Assembly: GCA_963663765.2 (NCBI GenBank)
Contig: CAXXUA010000005.1
Location: 384,001 to 448,000 of the forward strand
From: Candidatus Poribacteria bacterium
Lineage (GTDB): Bacteria > Poribacteria > WGA-4E > WGA-3G
Direction: 5' to 3'
DNA length: 64,000 nt
Shown here one piece after another: positions 17,391-30,098 of this stretch. The stretch's first letter is position 1. Each line of letters starts with the position of its first letter. The position numbers and the translations under genes are program-made. A model generated the notes under the pieces. That model was given only the letters and a program-made list of their open reading frames with translations, was not told the origin of the DNA and made no database searches.

Positions 17391-19993
17391 TATTTCACCA
17401 CAGAGAATTTACCAGTACTTTGGTAACCGTTTCCATCGGTAGCACGGAAAAAATATAAGCCCGCGCAGACCTTCTCGCCATTTTGGTTTGTGCAGTCCCA
17501 TTTCGATGCGTTATCAATGACCTTAATTTTGTTTCCTAATATGTCATAAATCTCAACGGTTAAACCATTTGGATAGAAGGTAAGGTGTTGGTTTGTTTCT
17601 GCTGCACGGACCGGATTAGGTGCAACGAATATTCTACGGTTCGCGCTATTTGCCACATAGTTGAAGGTGCGTCCTTGCCAAATCTTATTTCCTGTAATAC
17701 CAGAGTCTGTCATCCCACTAATCTTATAGAGATAGATACCTGTCGTTGGAAATCCATTTGTTCGGAGGGTTCCACGCCATTTCGTGGGTGTTTCTTGTGT
17801 TAAGACAATTGCATAATTGTCTCTTTTAGGACTTTCTACTGTGAGTTGTGGTGCACTTCGCAGCGAATGTGTGCTTTGAACTTCAACGTTCCACTCACCT
17901 ATACGATGTGGTTGCGTGGTGATAAAAAAGGATGGCGCACCATTGTCTGTAGCCACACTCGGTGTGATACTTTCAGGCACAATACTCGGTGTTCCCATAA
18001 TACCTATGGCGTTAACGGGGACAACTGCGTAGTAATAATGGACATTATTTGGATCGTCAAAATCCAGATCAACATCTTGGAAAACGGTGGTATCTTCAAA
18101 CTGAATTTGCGCCACGTTAACACGTCCAACAATCGTTATATCGTCTTCAGGGATGCCGTCTCCGTTGCGATCAACAGCACCACGAACTTCATCATCGGTT
18201 TGAAAAGGTTCAGGCATGTCCGTTTCGCTTTCCAATATGTAACGTTTTCGTACGATTGCAACTTCCTGAATGTCAGTTGGGTTGTCCATAGTCCATTTGA
18301 TGATTGGACCTCTACTGCCTTGTGAAACTTGAACTTCGGACAGTGTACCTGATGGCGGTGCACCTGCAGTATAGTTGACAGACCCTCCAAAAGTGCCACC
18401 GGGAATGACAACTTGTTCTACATCGGGATGCATATTGATAAGGATTAGGGTTATCTCCTCTATGACTCCCCCAAAATCTGTAAAGGTCTTCTGTGCTTCT
18501 TGCGAACGATGATAAGTGAATGCTTCATTGATTTCTGTGAGACCATTCCGTTTCTTGACGATGAATTTTGCAGCCCATCCGCGTAACCCGGTATTGGCGT
18601 GACGTGTCAACTCTCTCTCAATATTTCCAAGATCTTCATTTGTCAACAGACTCATATCTATGGGGCCGAGGTCTGCACCATCAATTTTGATAGCGAATTC
18701 TGGCATTATCCCAGTTGGACGGAAGACTATGTACCTACAAGCAAAGTGTTCTGGCATTGATTCGGAATTGAAATCAAAACTGATTGGATATGTTGTGTGA
18801 ACATCATTCGGATGTATTGCGACAGGTGGAAATCGTTCTGCATTTACATAACCCTTGATTTCGGTAGTTGTATCGGCGCGGGTATGTGTAAAATAGTTCC
18901 ATACGGTGAAAGTCTTGAACGCTTCAGCAAGGGTTGTTCCATTATCTGTGAAAACATCGTAGAAGTTACCGAACTCCCTGAAACTGCCATCAGTCGTGTT
19001 TGTGTAAACCTGCCGAATGATGTCGTATCCAAACCTTTGTGCCATATAGAGAGACCATATCACAGAACCGTATTCATGGTCACCGATGCGGCTTTCAAGC
19101 GAAATATCTGGAATTTGAAACCAGCGACGAAGTTGATGTATGTAATAATTGTAGGAATTGGTTTCGTTGGGTTCATCAGGGTCAGGTAGGTTATCACCAT
19201 CGTCAATTACGCCACCATCGTAGGTCATCACTTCTATCCAAGTTGCGGATGCTTCCATGAACCATGTTGGCATGTAGGCGTTATAGGCGAACTGGATGCC
19301 GTGCAGGAATTCATGTGCGCAGGTTGTTTCAAGGTAACGTTTCCCTTCTGCTTTTCCAACGTAATCGTAGATGCGAGAATTTATCATGAAATAGGGTGCG
19401 ATGGTCAACGCGGTGGACAACACACGTCCCTCATACCAATCTGCCGTAGTAATACCGAGTGCGGGAAAAGTGAAAAGGTAGACATCCATTTTATGATCAC
19501 CCCCGTTCTGTGCTGCCCAGAAATCAATGTAAGGCTTTTTGAATCCCATCAGGTCAATTTGGACGTGATAAGCGCGTTCCATAGCATCCGCACAGAGATC
19601 CACATAGTCGGGGACACCGTTGCGTGGGTGAAAGTCTTCAAGTGGCGGTGCTTGCGGACCGACTCGCGTGTAATGCAGCTTGAAGTGCGGGGTGTTGAAG
19701 TGTTCTGATAATTCAATGTCACCGAAAAAACTGCCGGGTAGTCCTGGACGTAGGAAGATTGGCTTAAATTCTTGGCGGTATGTTGAGGGAAGGTTCTGCC
19801 AATTTCTTGCAAGTGTGACAAAACTGTCGGTTGCACATTCGGTTATTTCGTTTGGGGTGTATCTTGATTTGAGTTGGGTAAATCTACGAGCCGTTTCAAT
19901 CGCGTTTTGGAGTTCTTTGTCTGGTGGTAATGCATGTCCTATAGATAGAAATGTAGCAAATAATAGGATAATAGGGATGGAAGTTTTTTTCAT
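17390..19993 (-). CDS. Secreted zinc metalloprotease (MXAN_6640-like) with a C-terminal FlgD-Ig/T9SS-A-like domain
   Basis: Signal peptide; 'FKLHYT', 'NGVPDYV', 'AHEFLHGIQFAY...WFMEASATWIE'; tail 'APNPVR..EIYDILGNKIK..WDCTNQNGEKVCAGLYF..GKFSVVK'. Confidence 0.82.
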   Translation of the reverse strand: MKKTSIPIILLFATFLSIGHALPPDKELQNAIETARRFTQLKSRYTPNEITECATDSFVTLARNWQNLPSTYRQEFKPIFLRPGLPGSFFGDIELSEHFNTPHFKLHYTRVGPQAPPLEDFHPRNGVPDYVDLCADAMERAYHVQIDLMGFKKPYIDFWAAQNGGDHKMDVYLFTFPALGITTADWYEGRVLSTALTIAPYFMINSRIYDYVGKAEGKRYLETTCAHEFLHGIQFAYNAYMPTWFMEASATWIEVMTYDGGVIDDGDNLPDPDEPNETNSYNYYIHQLRRWFQIPDISLESRIGDHEYGSVIWSLYMAQRFGYDIIRQVYTNTTDGSFREFGNFYDVFTDNGTTLAEAFKTFTVWNYFTHTRADTTTEIKGYVNAERFPPVAIHPNDVHTTYPISFDFNSESMPEHFACRYIVFRPTGIMPEFAIKIDGADLGPIDMSLLTNEDLGNIERELTRHANTGLRGWAAKFIVKKRNGLTEINEAFTYHRSQEAQKTFTDFGGVIEEITLILINMHPDVEQVVIPGGTFGGSVNYTAGAPPSGTLSEVQVSQGSRGPIIKWTMDNPTDIQEVAIVRKRYILESETDMPEPFQTDDEVRGAVDRNGDGIPEDDITIVGRVNVAQIQFEDTTVFQDVDLDFDDPNNVHYYYAVVPVNAIGIMGTPSIVPESITPSVATDNGAPSFFITTQPHRIGEWNVEVQSTHSLRSAPQLTVESPKRDNYAIVLTQETPTKWRGTLRTNGFPTTGIYLYKISGMTDSGITGNKIWQGRTFNYVANSANRRIFVAPNPVRAAETNQHLTFYPNGLTVEIYDILGNKIKVIDNASKWDCTNQNGEKVCAGLYFFRATDGNGYQSTGKFSVVK

Positions 19994-20107
19994 TGTTTAT
20001 GTTCTGTCAACAAGGATATTTTGTGGTTTATTGTGTATGGAATTATTATACCTATTAGATAGGAGCAAAATCAAGGAGAAAACAAGGGTTTAGGTAGGAA
20101 AATGACT

Positions 20108-20758
20108 TTAGTTCCGATTTTTTAATGCTGCCCAAGTTGTTGTTATTTTGGCTGCGGGTTCAACTGAGTGTGGTTCTGTGCCTTCAATATCACTTACATA
20201 TTCTCCTTCATAGAGACGAACATGGTCAATCCATACATCAATCGTTTGTGTTCCCATGATTATACCTGCGCGAGAATTTGCATCATCCACAGGCATTTCA
20301 AAGGTATTATAAAACTCTTGCCATTCTTCAGTTAGACTAATTGATTTTGGAGCATATACGGTCCAGGGTGCCCCTTGATGCATAATGCGGAATGTGATAT
20401 TTCTGGGTGCTTCACTTTTTGCCCACATACTATAAGTATAGGTAGTACCTTTTTCCAGTGTAAAGGGTTGTTGATAGAATTGTATATGTGGTAACGCGGT
20501 ACCTGGTTCATTGATTTTGATATAGGCAGCGTTATTCCCAGCGATTGGGTCTGCTTTCCTGCCTTCTGTGGCGAAAAGTGCCAGTGCTCCTGCATTTGCG
20601 TCAGTCCAATGATGCCATCCGTTGAGTTGTTCGTCAAAATCTCCGTTATTGAGGATGTTATCGGGGATTTCTTGTGAATATGCAAGCGTTGTGAAACTGA
20701 GCATCAATAACGACACACATAAGTATAAAACTGAAGTATCGCGTCTACTTGTGTTCAT
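20108..20758 (-). CDS. Secreted CBM4/9-type carbohydrate-binding protein with lineage-type C-terminal tail
   Basis: Start reassigned to ATG 20758 (AAGGAG RBS); 'NILNNGDFD', 'LEKGTTYTYSMWAKS', 'VWIDHVRL'; tail 'VEPAAKITTTWAALKNRN'. Confidence 0.82.
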   Translation of the reverse strand: MNTSRRDTSVLYLCVSLLMLSFTTLAYSQEIPDNILNNGDFDEQLNGWHHWTDANAGALALFATEGRKADPIAGNNAAYIKINEPGTALPHIQFYQQPFTLEKGTTYTYSMWAKSEAPRNITFRIMHQGAPWTVYAPKSISLTEEWQEFYNTFEMPVDDANSRAGIIMGTQTIDVWIDHVRLYEGEYVSDIEGTEPHSVEPAAKITTTWAALKNRN

Positions 20759-21254
20759 TTTCGTCTCCTTCATTACCTTCTTTTTCGTGTTCACCGTTGC
20801 CTTCTTTTTCGTGTTCGCTGTTATCGTGCTCGTCATTGCTGTGTTCACCGTTGCTGTGTTCATCAGTGCCGACTTCAGGGTGTGCTGTCCACCCATCAAA
20901 GTCTGTACTTGTTGCCTTGAGCTGTATTGGTCTTTTTTCGCCCGGTTTTAAGTCTGATGCGGGAGTCGGTCCAAGTTCTTTACCGTTTGACAAGTGGACT
21001 TCAACTCTGACCTGCTTTAAGGTTGTGTCGGTGGGGTTTTCTACTGTTCCTATAAAGGAATTGTCCTCTGAGTTGTAATTCAAAATGAGACGCGCGCCGT
21101 TTCTGACCTTATCGTAGGTTTCGTCCAGCGCAAGTTCGGTACCCGATTCTTCGTCACCGTCGTCTTTTGATTGTTCTGATGTTTGAGAACAACCGATGAT
21201 AACAACTAGCAACAAGACCGCAATTGCTGTAGAAATACTATATACATGATTCAT
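20745..21254 (-). CDS. Lipoprotein with FxLYD-like domain and His/Glu-rich repetitive tail
   Basis: Start reassigned to ATG 21254 (the longer ORF overlaps 5S rRNA); lipobox 'VVIIGC'; 'IGTVENPT..TLKQVRVEV..SNGKELG..DLKPGEK'; tail 'EHSNGEHSNDEHDNSEHEKEGNGEHEKEG'. Confidence 0.75.
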   Translation of the reverse strand: MNHVYSISTAIAVLLLVVIIGCSQTSEQSKDDGDEESGTELALDETYDKVRNGARLILNYNSEDNSFIGTVENPTDTTLKQVRVEVHLSNGKELGPTPASDLKPGEKRPIQLKATSTDFDGWTAHPEVGTDEHSNGEHSNDEHDNSEHEKEGNGEHEKEGNEGDENEHK

Positions 21255-21324
21255 GGGTAATCCTTCTGAAATTAATGTTCTTAAAGTTAGTTTTCTCCAA
21301 AAAAGAAATATGTTAATGTAGAAT

Positions 21325-21353
21325 ATTGTAGCACAAAAGAGACAGAACGTCAA
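21325..21353 (-). promoter_or_regulatory. sigma70-type promoter
   Basis: TTGACG-17 nt-TACAAT upstream of the lipoprotein gene. Confidence 0.6.
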
Positions 21354-21356
21354 GAG

Positions 21357-21384
21357 AAAAGGGCAGACATAGTGTCTACCCTTT
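21357..21384 (-). terminator. Intrinsic terminator of the rRNA unit
   Basis: Hairpin GGGTAGACA-CTA-TGTCTGCCC followed by TTTT on the minus strand, just 3' of 5S. Confidence 0.75.
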
Positions 21385-21393
21385 AGATAGGTT

Positions 21394-21512
<119 letters not shown>

Positions 21513-21569
21513 GGTGTTTACGAATATTTGACAACTGCATAGGTGTGAGGAACGGTAGAGAAAAATATA

Positions 21570-24605
<3,036 letters not shown>

Positions 24606-24647
24606 GGTGATATTTTTATATTCTACCGATTTACCCTCTCTATACAG

Positions 24648-24660
24648 TTGTCAAAGAACG
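24648..24660 (-). promoter_or_regulatory. boxA-like antitermination element before 23S
   Basis: CGTTCTTTGACAA resembles boxA consensus TGCTCTTTAACA. Confidence 0.5.
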
Positions 24661-24700
24661 CCGCCTATAGTTAAGAAATGTATCCATTTCTATAAGGCGA

Positions 24701-24773
24701 TGGAGATGAGCGGAGTTGAACCGCTGACCTACTGCGTGCAAAGCAGTTGCTCTCCCAGCTGAGCTACACCCCC
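24701..24773 (-). tRNA. tRNA-Ala(TGC), CCA not encoded
   Basis: GGGGGTGTAGCTCAGCTGGGAGAGC..TT TGC AC..GGTTCAACTCC..CATCTCCA; G3:U70 identity pair. Confidence 0.97.
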
Positions 24774-24788
24774 GTGCGTGTGGTATTT

Positions 24789-24951
24789 AGTCTACCACGA
24801 ATTCAACTTTCGTCAAATTCCATAAAAGGAATTAGTATTTTACCACAGAATTCTAACGTAAGTCAAATTTATTTTTCAAAGAAGGGGATTAGATTAACTA
24901 TATAATCCCTGAACAGATATAAAGTATACCACAATATATTGTGTATGTCAA
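24789..24951 (-). promoter_or_regulatory. Three tandem sigma70 promoters for tRNA-Ala-23S-5S
   Basis: TTGACA-17-TATACT (24923-24951), TTGACT-18-TAAAAT (24837-24866), TTGACG-16-TAGACT (24789-24816), each with GTGG before the -10. Confidence 0.75.
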
Positions 24952-25530
24952 ATAAATTTCACATAAATTACTAAAATATTTGATTTTCGTGCGTAGTTTT
25001 ATAAAAACGGATGATAATGTGTCTTTGTTACATTAATATCATTTTCAGTACTACCACAATATAATTTTCAGGACTACCGCATTCCCTATGGGTTTACAAA
25101 AGGTTTCACATCCCAGAACAGGATAGCACCGTCATCAGAAGCATTCAATTGTCGATAGTGGTTTGTGCATATTCTGTATATATCAGATATACCTTACCTC
25201 AAAGTTTATATAAACATGACGAATAAAGAATCTCGCCATCTACTTGATTTGTTAGCAGAAGTTCCTCATAAACAAAACCCACAATAGAATGCCTCTGTGT
25301 TAATTTCACCTTGCAATTCATCCAAATTATATACTATTATATAGTTTGTTGATGTAACATTACGTTAGTTCGGAAATAAAGTAACGTGAAATGGATGTCT
25401 GAAATAACTTGAATCATAGGTATAGATACGAAAGTGTTTTCCTATTCTTACCATATAAATCCCTTCCTTCAAATTGGGAAATCAACTGTAGCACAAACTG
25501 TTAGTTTGTGCATCTGAGGAACGCAAACTA

Positions 25531-27080
25531 CCTAGATTTTGTCCATTAACACAAGTATCTCATACTGTCCGAAAAGTGCCTTGGTAGCAGTGGTGATTTG
25601 CTGTCCGAAGGGGTATAAAGGGTTGATCCGTATGCCAACGACCTTCTTACCTCTTTCGATGCAGACTTTTCCTGGGATCACCAAGATGTCTCTCCTCAAC
25701 CGTTTCAGTCCTCGTTCTTCAAGCATCTTTGTTGCCTTTCGGTGTGCGTTTTCGGTTTTCTCCGAGGCATCTTGAGGTGTCTCAACCGCTTCTATGAACC
25801 ACTCTTTCATCCAAATCATCAAGTTGTGAGCGAGTTCAATGAGTAGAAGCAAAACTTGCTGTGCGATAAATCCTGCTTTTCGGTATTTTCGTAAAGAGAG
25901 TGCTTGATAATCCTGGCAGAATGAGTTCTCCGGCCCCCCACTGCGTAGGTCATATTCACACACAAGGTCTTCAAGCGTAGCGGTAGTGTCGGTTGAAACC
26001 AACACCGCATAACTCCAACTGCCATCTTTTTTCGGTGTTCTCACAGCGACTTGAACTGTCCGTCTTGCATACCGATGCGGCTCTCTAACCCATCCCGCTT
26101 CTCTACCCTTTACGCCTTTGGAAGTCGGAACAGGCTCCCACGCCTCCACGGTTCCTACTAACTTCTGGATGCGGCGGGTGTTATACATCTTCCCAAGCAG
26201 TTGATATCCGCGCCATAACGCATAATTGATATTGGCATCCGTGCCGAATCCAGCATCAAAGCGAATCCGAACTCGGTTCCGTTTCTCAACCGTATCAAGT
26301 GTCAAAACAGTCTCAAGTTTACCAAGCATCGGCTTGAAAACAGTATTACTGTTGGTTTTACCGGAGTATAACCCCTGCGTAAATATCTCTTGGGTGTCTC
26401 CACAGACCATCCGGGCCAACTGACGGGTATAAGTGTTCGGCTTTTTCGCAACGTAACCTTTCTCTGAACCCTCGGCACGCTTGCTAATCGGCAAGGAAGA
26501 GAGGTCTATATCCACATGTATCTCCTCTTGAGACGCCAGAGACACCTGACGCTTATGACCTTGCTGGAGACGCATCTCCGCTAAAGTCGCTTCAAGAGAA
26601 GCAACAGTCGCCTCCGTTGATGCATCTAATGTTTGCTGGATCACTGAGGCATCCGCACATCTTTCGTAACCAAACGCCGCTAACAAACCACGATCCGGGC
26701 GAACTTTGGTTTGGATTTCAGATACCGTCTCCGCTCCGGATAGTATTCCTAACACGACGAAAATTAACTTGTCTGTCGGACGATACACAACTGTTTTCTG
26801 CGGAATGCTCACGCGGTCATGGATCGGCTGAAATACCTCACGAACACGCAACACCTCTCCGAGAGCACACAACGGTGCCTGAGGCGTTACGACCCATTTT
26901 TTTACATTGTGCTTGCTCCGTTTTTTTGCTATACTTCTTTTTGCCATTGTATACCTCTAAAAGTCTAAGGCTTAAATACTTTTAGTATAACCTTTTTAGA
27001 GGTTCAATGGTATATTATTCCTACTTTCAGACACTCTAAAGCAAATAATGAAAATATGTATTCATTGGACAAAAACAAGG
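25531..27080 (-). mobile_element. IS1380-like insertion sequence, 1550 bp
   Basis: Imperfect TIRs CCTAGATTTTGTCCATTAA / CCTTGTTTTTGTCCAATGAA; direct repeat AAACTA at 25525-25530 and 27081-27086; encloses a DDE transposase. Confidence 0.8.
25532..26947 (-). CDS. DDE transposase (IS1380/IS4-like, DDE_Tnp_1_4)
   Basis: 'HVDIDLS', 'RIRFDAGFG', 'EYDLRSGGPENSF', 'LAHNLMIW'; stop codon lies within the TIR. Confidence 0.85.
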   Translation of the reverse strand: MAKRSIAKKRSKHNVKKWVVTPQAPLCALGEVLRVREVFQPIHDRVSIPQKTVVYRPTDKLIFVVLGILSGAETVSEIQTKVRPDRGLLAAFGYERCADASVIQQTLDASTEATVASLEATLAEMRLQQGHKRQVSLASQEEIHVDIDLSSLPISKRAEGSEKGYVAKKPNTYTRQLARMVCGDTQEIFTQGLYSGKTNSNTVFKPMLGKLETVLTLDTVEKRNRVRIRFDAGFGTDANINYALWRGYQLLGKMYNTRRIQKLVGTVEAWEPVPTSKGVKGREAGWVREPHRYARRTVQVAVRTPKKDGSWSYAVLVSTDTTATLEDLVCEYDLRSGGPENSFCQDYQALSLRKYRKAGFIAQQVLLLLIELAHNLMIWMKEWFIEAVETPQDASEKTENAHRKATKMLEERGLKRLRRDILVIPGKVCIERGKKVVGIRINPLYPFGQQITTATKALFGQYEILVLMDKI

Positions 27081-27282
27081 AAACTAACAGTTTGCTCTAC
27101 AAGACTTTACCGAGTTCACGTTAACATTATAATGCTTATAGTTAGCATTGTAACGACAGTATCCTTTTTCCTGCCAATTCAAATAACCCAGTAATTTGAG
27201 AATTGATACCTTCCTAATAATAATCGTGTTGACTAACGATATATAGATAAAATTATTTGAGACTACAGAACGGAATAATGCT

Positions 27283-29472
27283 ATGAATAAAACAACAAAG
27301 AAAAAACTACAGCAAATCGGAGAAAAAGTTCTTAAAGAGTCAGTTGTCCGTTTGGTATGGGAAGAAACTGATAAGGTGACAACTGAATATATAACCACAC
27401 GTGTGAGTGGATTTTTTATCCGACCAAATCTGGTGGTAACTAATCTTCACTGTGTTACTGGCGCGCAGTCTCTGACAGCTGAACTTGTAAACACAAAAAA
27501 GAAATTCTCTATAGAAGGTATCGTGGCGTATGATGTGGCAAATGACCTTGTTTTATTTAGAGTGACAGGTGAAGGAATACCACTACAACTTGGTAATAGT
27601 GATAAAGTTAAGGTTGAAGATCATGTTTTAGCAGTTGGATTTCCTAAAGGGGACACAGGAAAAATCGCTCAAGCAACTATACAGGGAAAAAAGGAAAGTG
27701 ACAAACGTATCCAGATTAAACCTGCATTTGAACCAGGACTAAGCGGTGGACCAATACTAAATGATGAAGGCTATGTAATTGGTGTGGCTGTTAGTGCTAC
27801 AATCGGTATAACAGATTTTAGTGAAGGAGTCATATCATCTATTAGTGATGCAATTCCGACAAGTGTCTTACAGGATTTTATCGATCATGTCGCTGAAGTT
27901 GAACCTATCACTGAATGGCAAAAACGCCCAGACATTCGCGGTTTTGCTGAAGGTGTACACGGACAGATGAATATGATGGATGGTAACTACATGGACGCTA
28001 TCAAGCGTTTTGATACGGCATTGAAACTCAATCCAGATTTGATTGAGATATACAATAATAGAGCCGGCATCCGACTTATTCAAGGGGAAGCTGAACTCGC
28101 TATTGCTGACTGTAACGCGGCTATCAAACGCAAACCTGACTACACTGAAGCTTATATCAATAGATCTATTGCAAACACACTATTAGAAAAACATAAGAAA
28201 GCAATTCAGGATTGTGATACAGCACAAAAACTCAATCCCAATATTGTTCAGATTTACATAAGTAGAGCAAGTGCAAAATCCGCTCTTGGACGCCACAAAG
28301 AGGCTATTAAAGACTATGATACTGCACAAAAACTCAAACCAAATTCAGCAGAAATATTTCTATTACGCGCAACTGCTAAGTGGGAGCTAAAGGATTATGC
28401 TGGTGCAATAGAGGATTTTGATGTCATTATAGATTCCTATCCTGAGTTTAGCAAAAATCACTTGGTTCAAGGGAGTAGAGCAATTGCAAAAAATCGTCAT
28501 GGAGATCATATAGGTGCAATAGAAGATTATGACTCAATTCTAACGTCTAATCCAAGAGAGCATGTAGTTTATTTTAATCGTGGTAGAATTAAATATGACT
28601 TAGGAAGGTCTTACGCAAATAAGGGAAACACAATTGAATCTCGTAAATATTATCGCCAAGCAATTGATGATTATAATGATGCAATCAAAATCAATCCAGA
28701 AGACTCATCTTATTACTACAATCGAGGTGTTACGAAACGGCAATTAAACGACTTCCGTGAAGCACTCAGAGACTTAAATCTTGCAATACTACTGAATCCT
28801 GAAGATTATCGTGCTTTTTTTCAGCGCGGTCTTGTAAAACGCAACCTTGGTAAAACTAAAGCAGATCATGGAGATACAGAAGGGGCATCAACGCTATATC
28901 AAGAAGCAGTTGATGATTATTCAGAAGCAATGAGATTAGACTCAAAACAAGCCAACTCTACTACTTACAACAATCGCGGGTATGCAAAGTACCAAAAAAG
29001 CAAAATCAAAGACAACGATAAGAATAGATCAGAAAAACAGGAACTATTACAGCAAGCGATTAGTGATTATACCGAAGCAATTAAGCTAAACCCAAAGTAC
29101 TCGTTAGGTTATTTAAATAGAGGAAAAGCTAACTATCTTTTGGGAAAGAATGAGTCTGAATATGGAAATATTGAACAAGCAAATAATCGTTTTCAAGCAG
29201 TAATTGTTGATATGAATGAATTCATTCGTTTAAGAAAAGCCAAACCGAATCCTGATGCTTTCTACTACAGAGGTCTTGCAATGGCCGCACTTCATCAATT
29301 TGAGAATGCAATTTCAGATTTCAATGAAACAATTCAAAAAAGTCCTAAACATGCTTTGGCATATTACAATCGTGGTCTTGTCAAACAAGGTATTGAAGAA
29401 CATGAGAATGCTATGATCGACTTCACAAAAGCAAAGGAATTAAATCCAGATGTTGAAAATAAGTTGATATGA
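27283..29472 (+). CDS. Trypsin-like serine protease fused to a TPR array
   Basis: 'SGFFI..VTNLHCV', 'DLVL', 'PGLSGGP' catalytic triad; more than 10 TPR repeats ('YYNRG..AI.DY..AI.LNP'); no signal peptide. Confidence 0.9.
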   Translation: MNKTTKKKLQQIGEKVLKESVVRLVWEETDKVTTEYITTRVSGFFIRPNLVVTNLHCVTGAQSLTAELVNTKKKFSIEGIVAYDVANDLVLFRVTGEGIPLQLGNSDKVKVEDHVLAVGFPKGDTGKIAQATIQGKKESDKRIQIKPAFEPGLSGGPILNDEGYVIGVAVSATIGITDFSEGVISSISDAIPTSVLQDFIDHVAEVEPITEWQKRPDIRGFAEGVHGQMNMMDGNYMDAIKRFDTALKLNPDLIEIYNNRAGIRLIQGEAELAIADCNAAIKRKPDYTEAYINRSIANTLLEKHKKAIQDCDTAQKLNPNIVQIYISRASAKSALGRHKEAIKDYDTAQKLKPNSAEIFLLRATAKWELKDYAGAIEDFDVIIDSYPEFSKNHLVQGSRAIAKNRHGDHIGAIEDYDSILTSNPREHVVYFNRGRIKYDLGRSYANKGNTIESRKYYRQAIDDYNDAIKINPEDSSYYYNRGVTKRQLNDFREALRDLNLAILLNPEDYRAFFQRGLVKRNLGKTKADHGDTEGASTLYQEAVDDYSEAMRLDSKQANSTTYNNRGYAKYQKSKIKDNDKNRSEKQELLQQAISDYTEAIKLNPKYSLGYLNRGKANYLLGKNESEYGNIEQANNRFQAVIVDMNEFIRLRKAKPNPDAFYYRGLAMAALHQFENAISDFNETIQKSPKHALAYYNRGLVKQGIEEHENAMIDFTKAKELNPDVENKLI

Positions 29473-30012
29473 TCTTTGACTTCCTCCAATGATGTGTTGT
29501 GTTTTTAGCATGACGTACTCAGTGCTTTAAACGTATTCAGTGAATCTGAAAATATAACTTTCAGTTGTCACCAATCAACCATCTGATAACTGGCAGTCAA
29601 AAGCCGATAACCAATCCCTCCAAATCCAGTGGATATCTATTGGAAATCCAAATAAACAATCACACATAAAACTACAAACACCATCAGAAATCAATTATGA
29701 TATATTCAAAATAAAAACGCACAACAAAAACAATATGAAAAGCCGACAGACAAACACAAAAAGCACAAATTAAAAAACGATAAAAAATCCATTTGGTTGT
29801 TTTTTTAAAATTCTGCAAAAACAGAAAACCACCATAAACCGATACCACGACATAATCGAGAAGACTTATGAAAAAATTTGAAAAAACAACTAAAATTGTC
29901 TTGATTGAAATTTTGTTCACAACCAGATGCATTCAGTTGTAGATTAATTATACACACTAACTTACGATTCATTTGTAATCAGAGAATCACTCTGTGTGAC
30001 AACTTAAGAAAA

Positions 30013-30041
30013 TTGACTTAGGAAGTTTGTTGTGGTATAAT
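30013..30041 (+). promoter_or_regulatory. sigma70 promoter of argS
   Basis: TTGACT-17 nt-TATAAT with extended -10 TG. Confidence 0.75.
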
Positions 30042-30098
30042 TCGGTGACTTAAACAATTTGCTATCTGTAAAAAAACAAGAAATGTAGTAAGGTTAAT

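Noticed and set aside
20759-20899. Thr/Asn/Lys-rich N-terminal extension of the CBM protein
   Set aside because: It is an alternative-frame reading of the upstream gene's repeat tail; a good RBS precedes ATG 20758
27084-27398. 104-aa minus-strand ORF beside the IS as a passenger gene
   Set aside because: It lies outside the TIR/TSD boundary and is partly antisense to the trypsin-TPR gene
29983-30000. 10-nt reverse-complement match (TCACACAGAG) to sequence downstream of tnpB, suggesting RNA-guided control of the argS promoter
   Set aside because: A 10-nt match is plausible by chance in 64 kb, the matching bases lie inside the predicted scaffold rather than the guide, and this TnpB retains its catalytic residues
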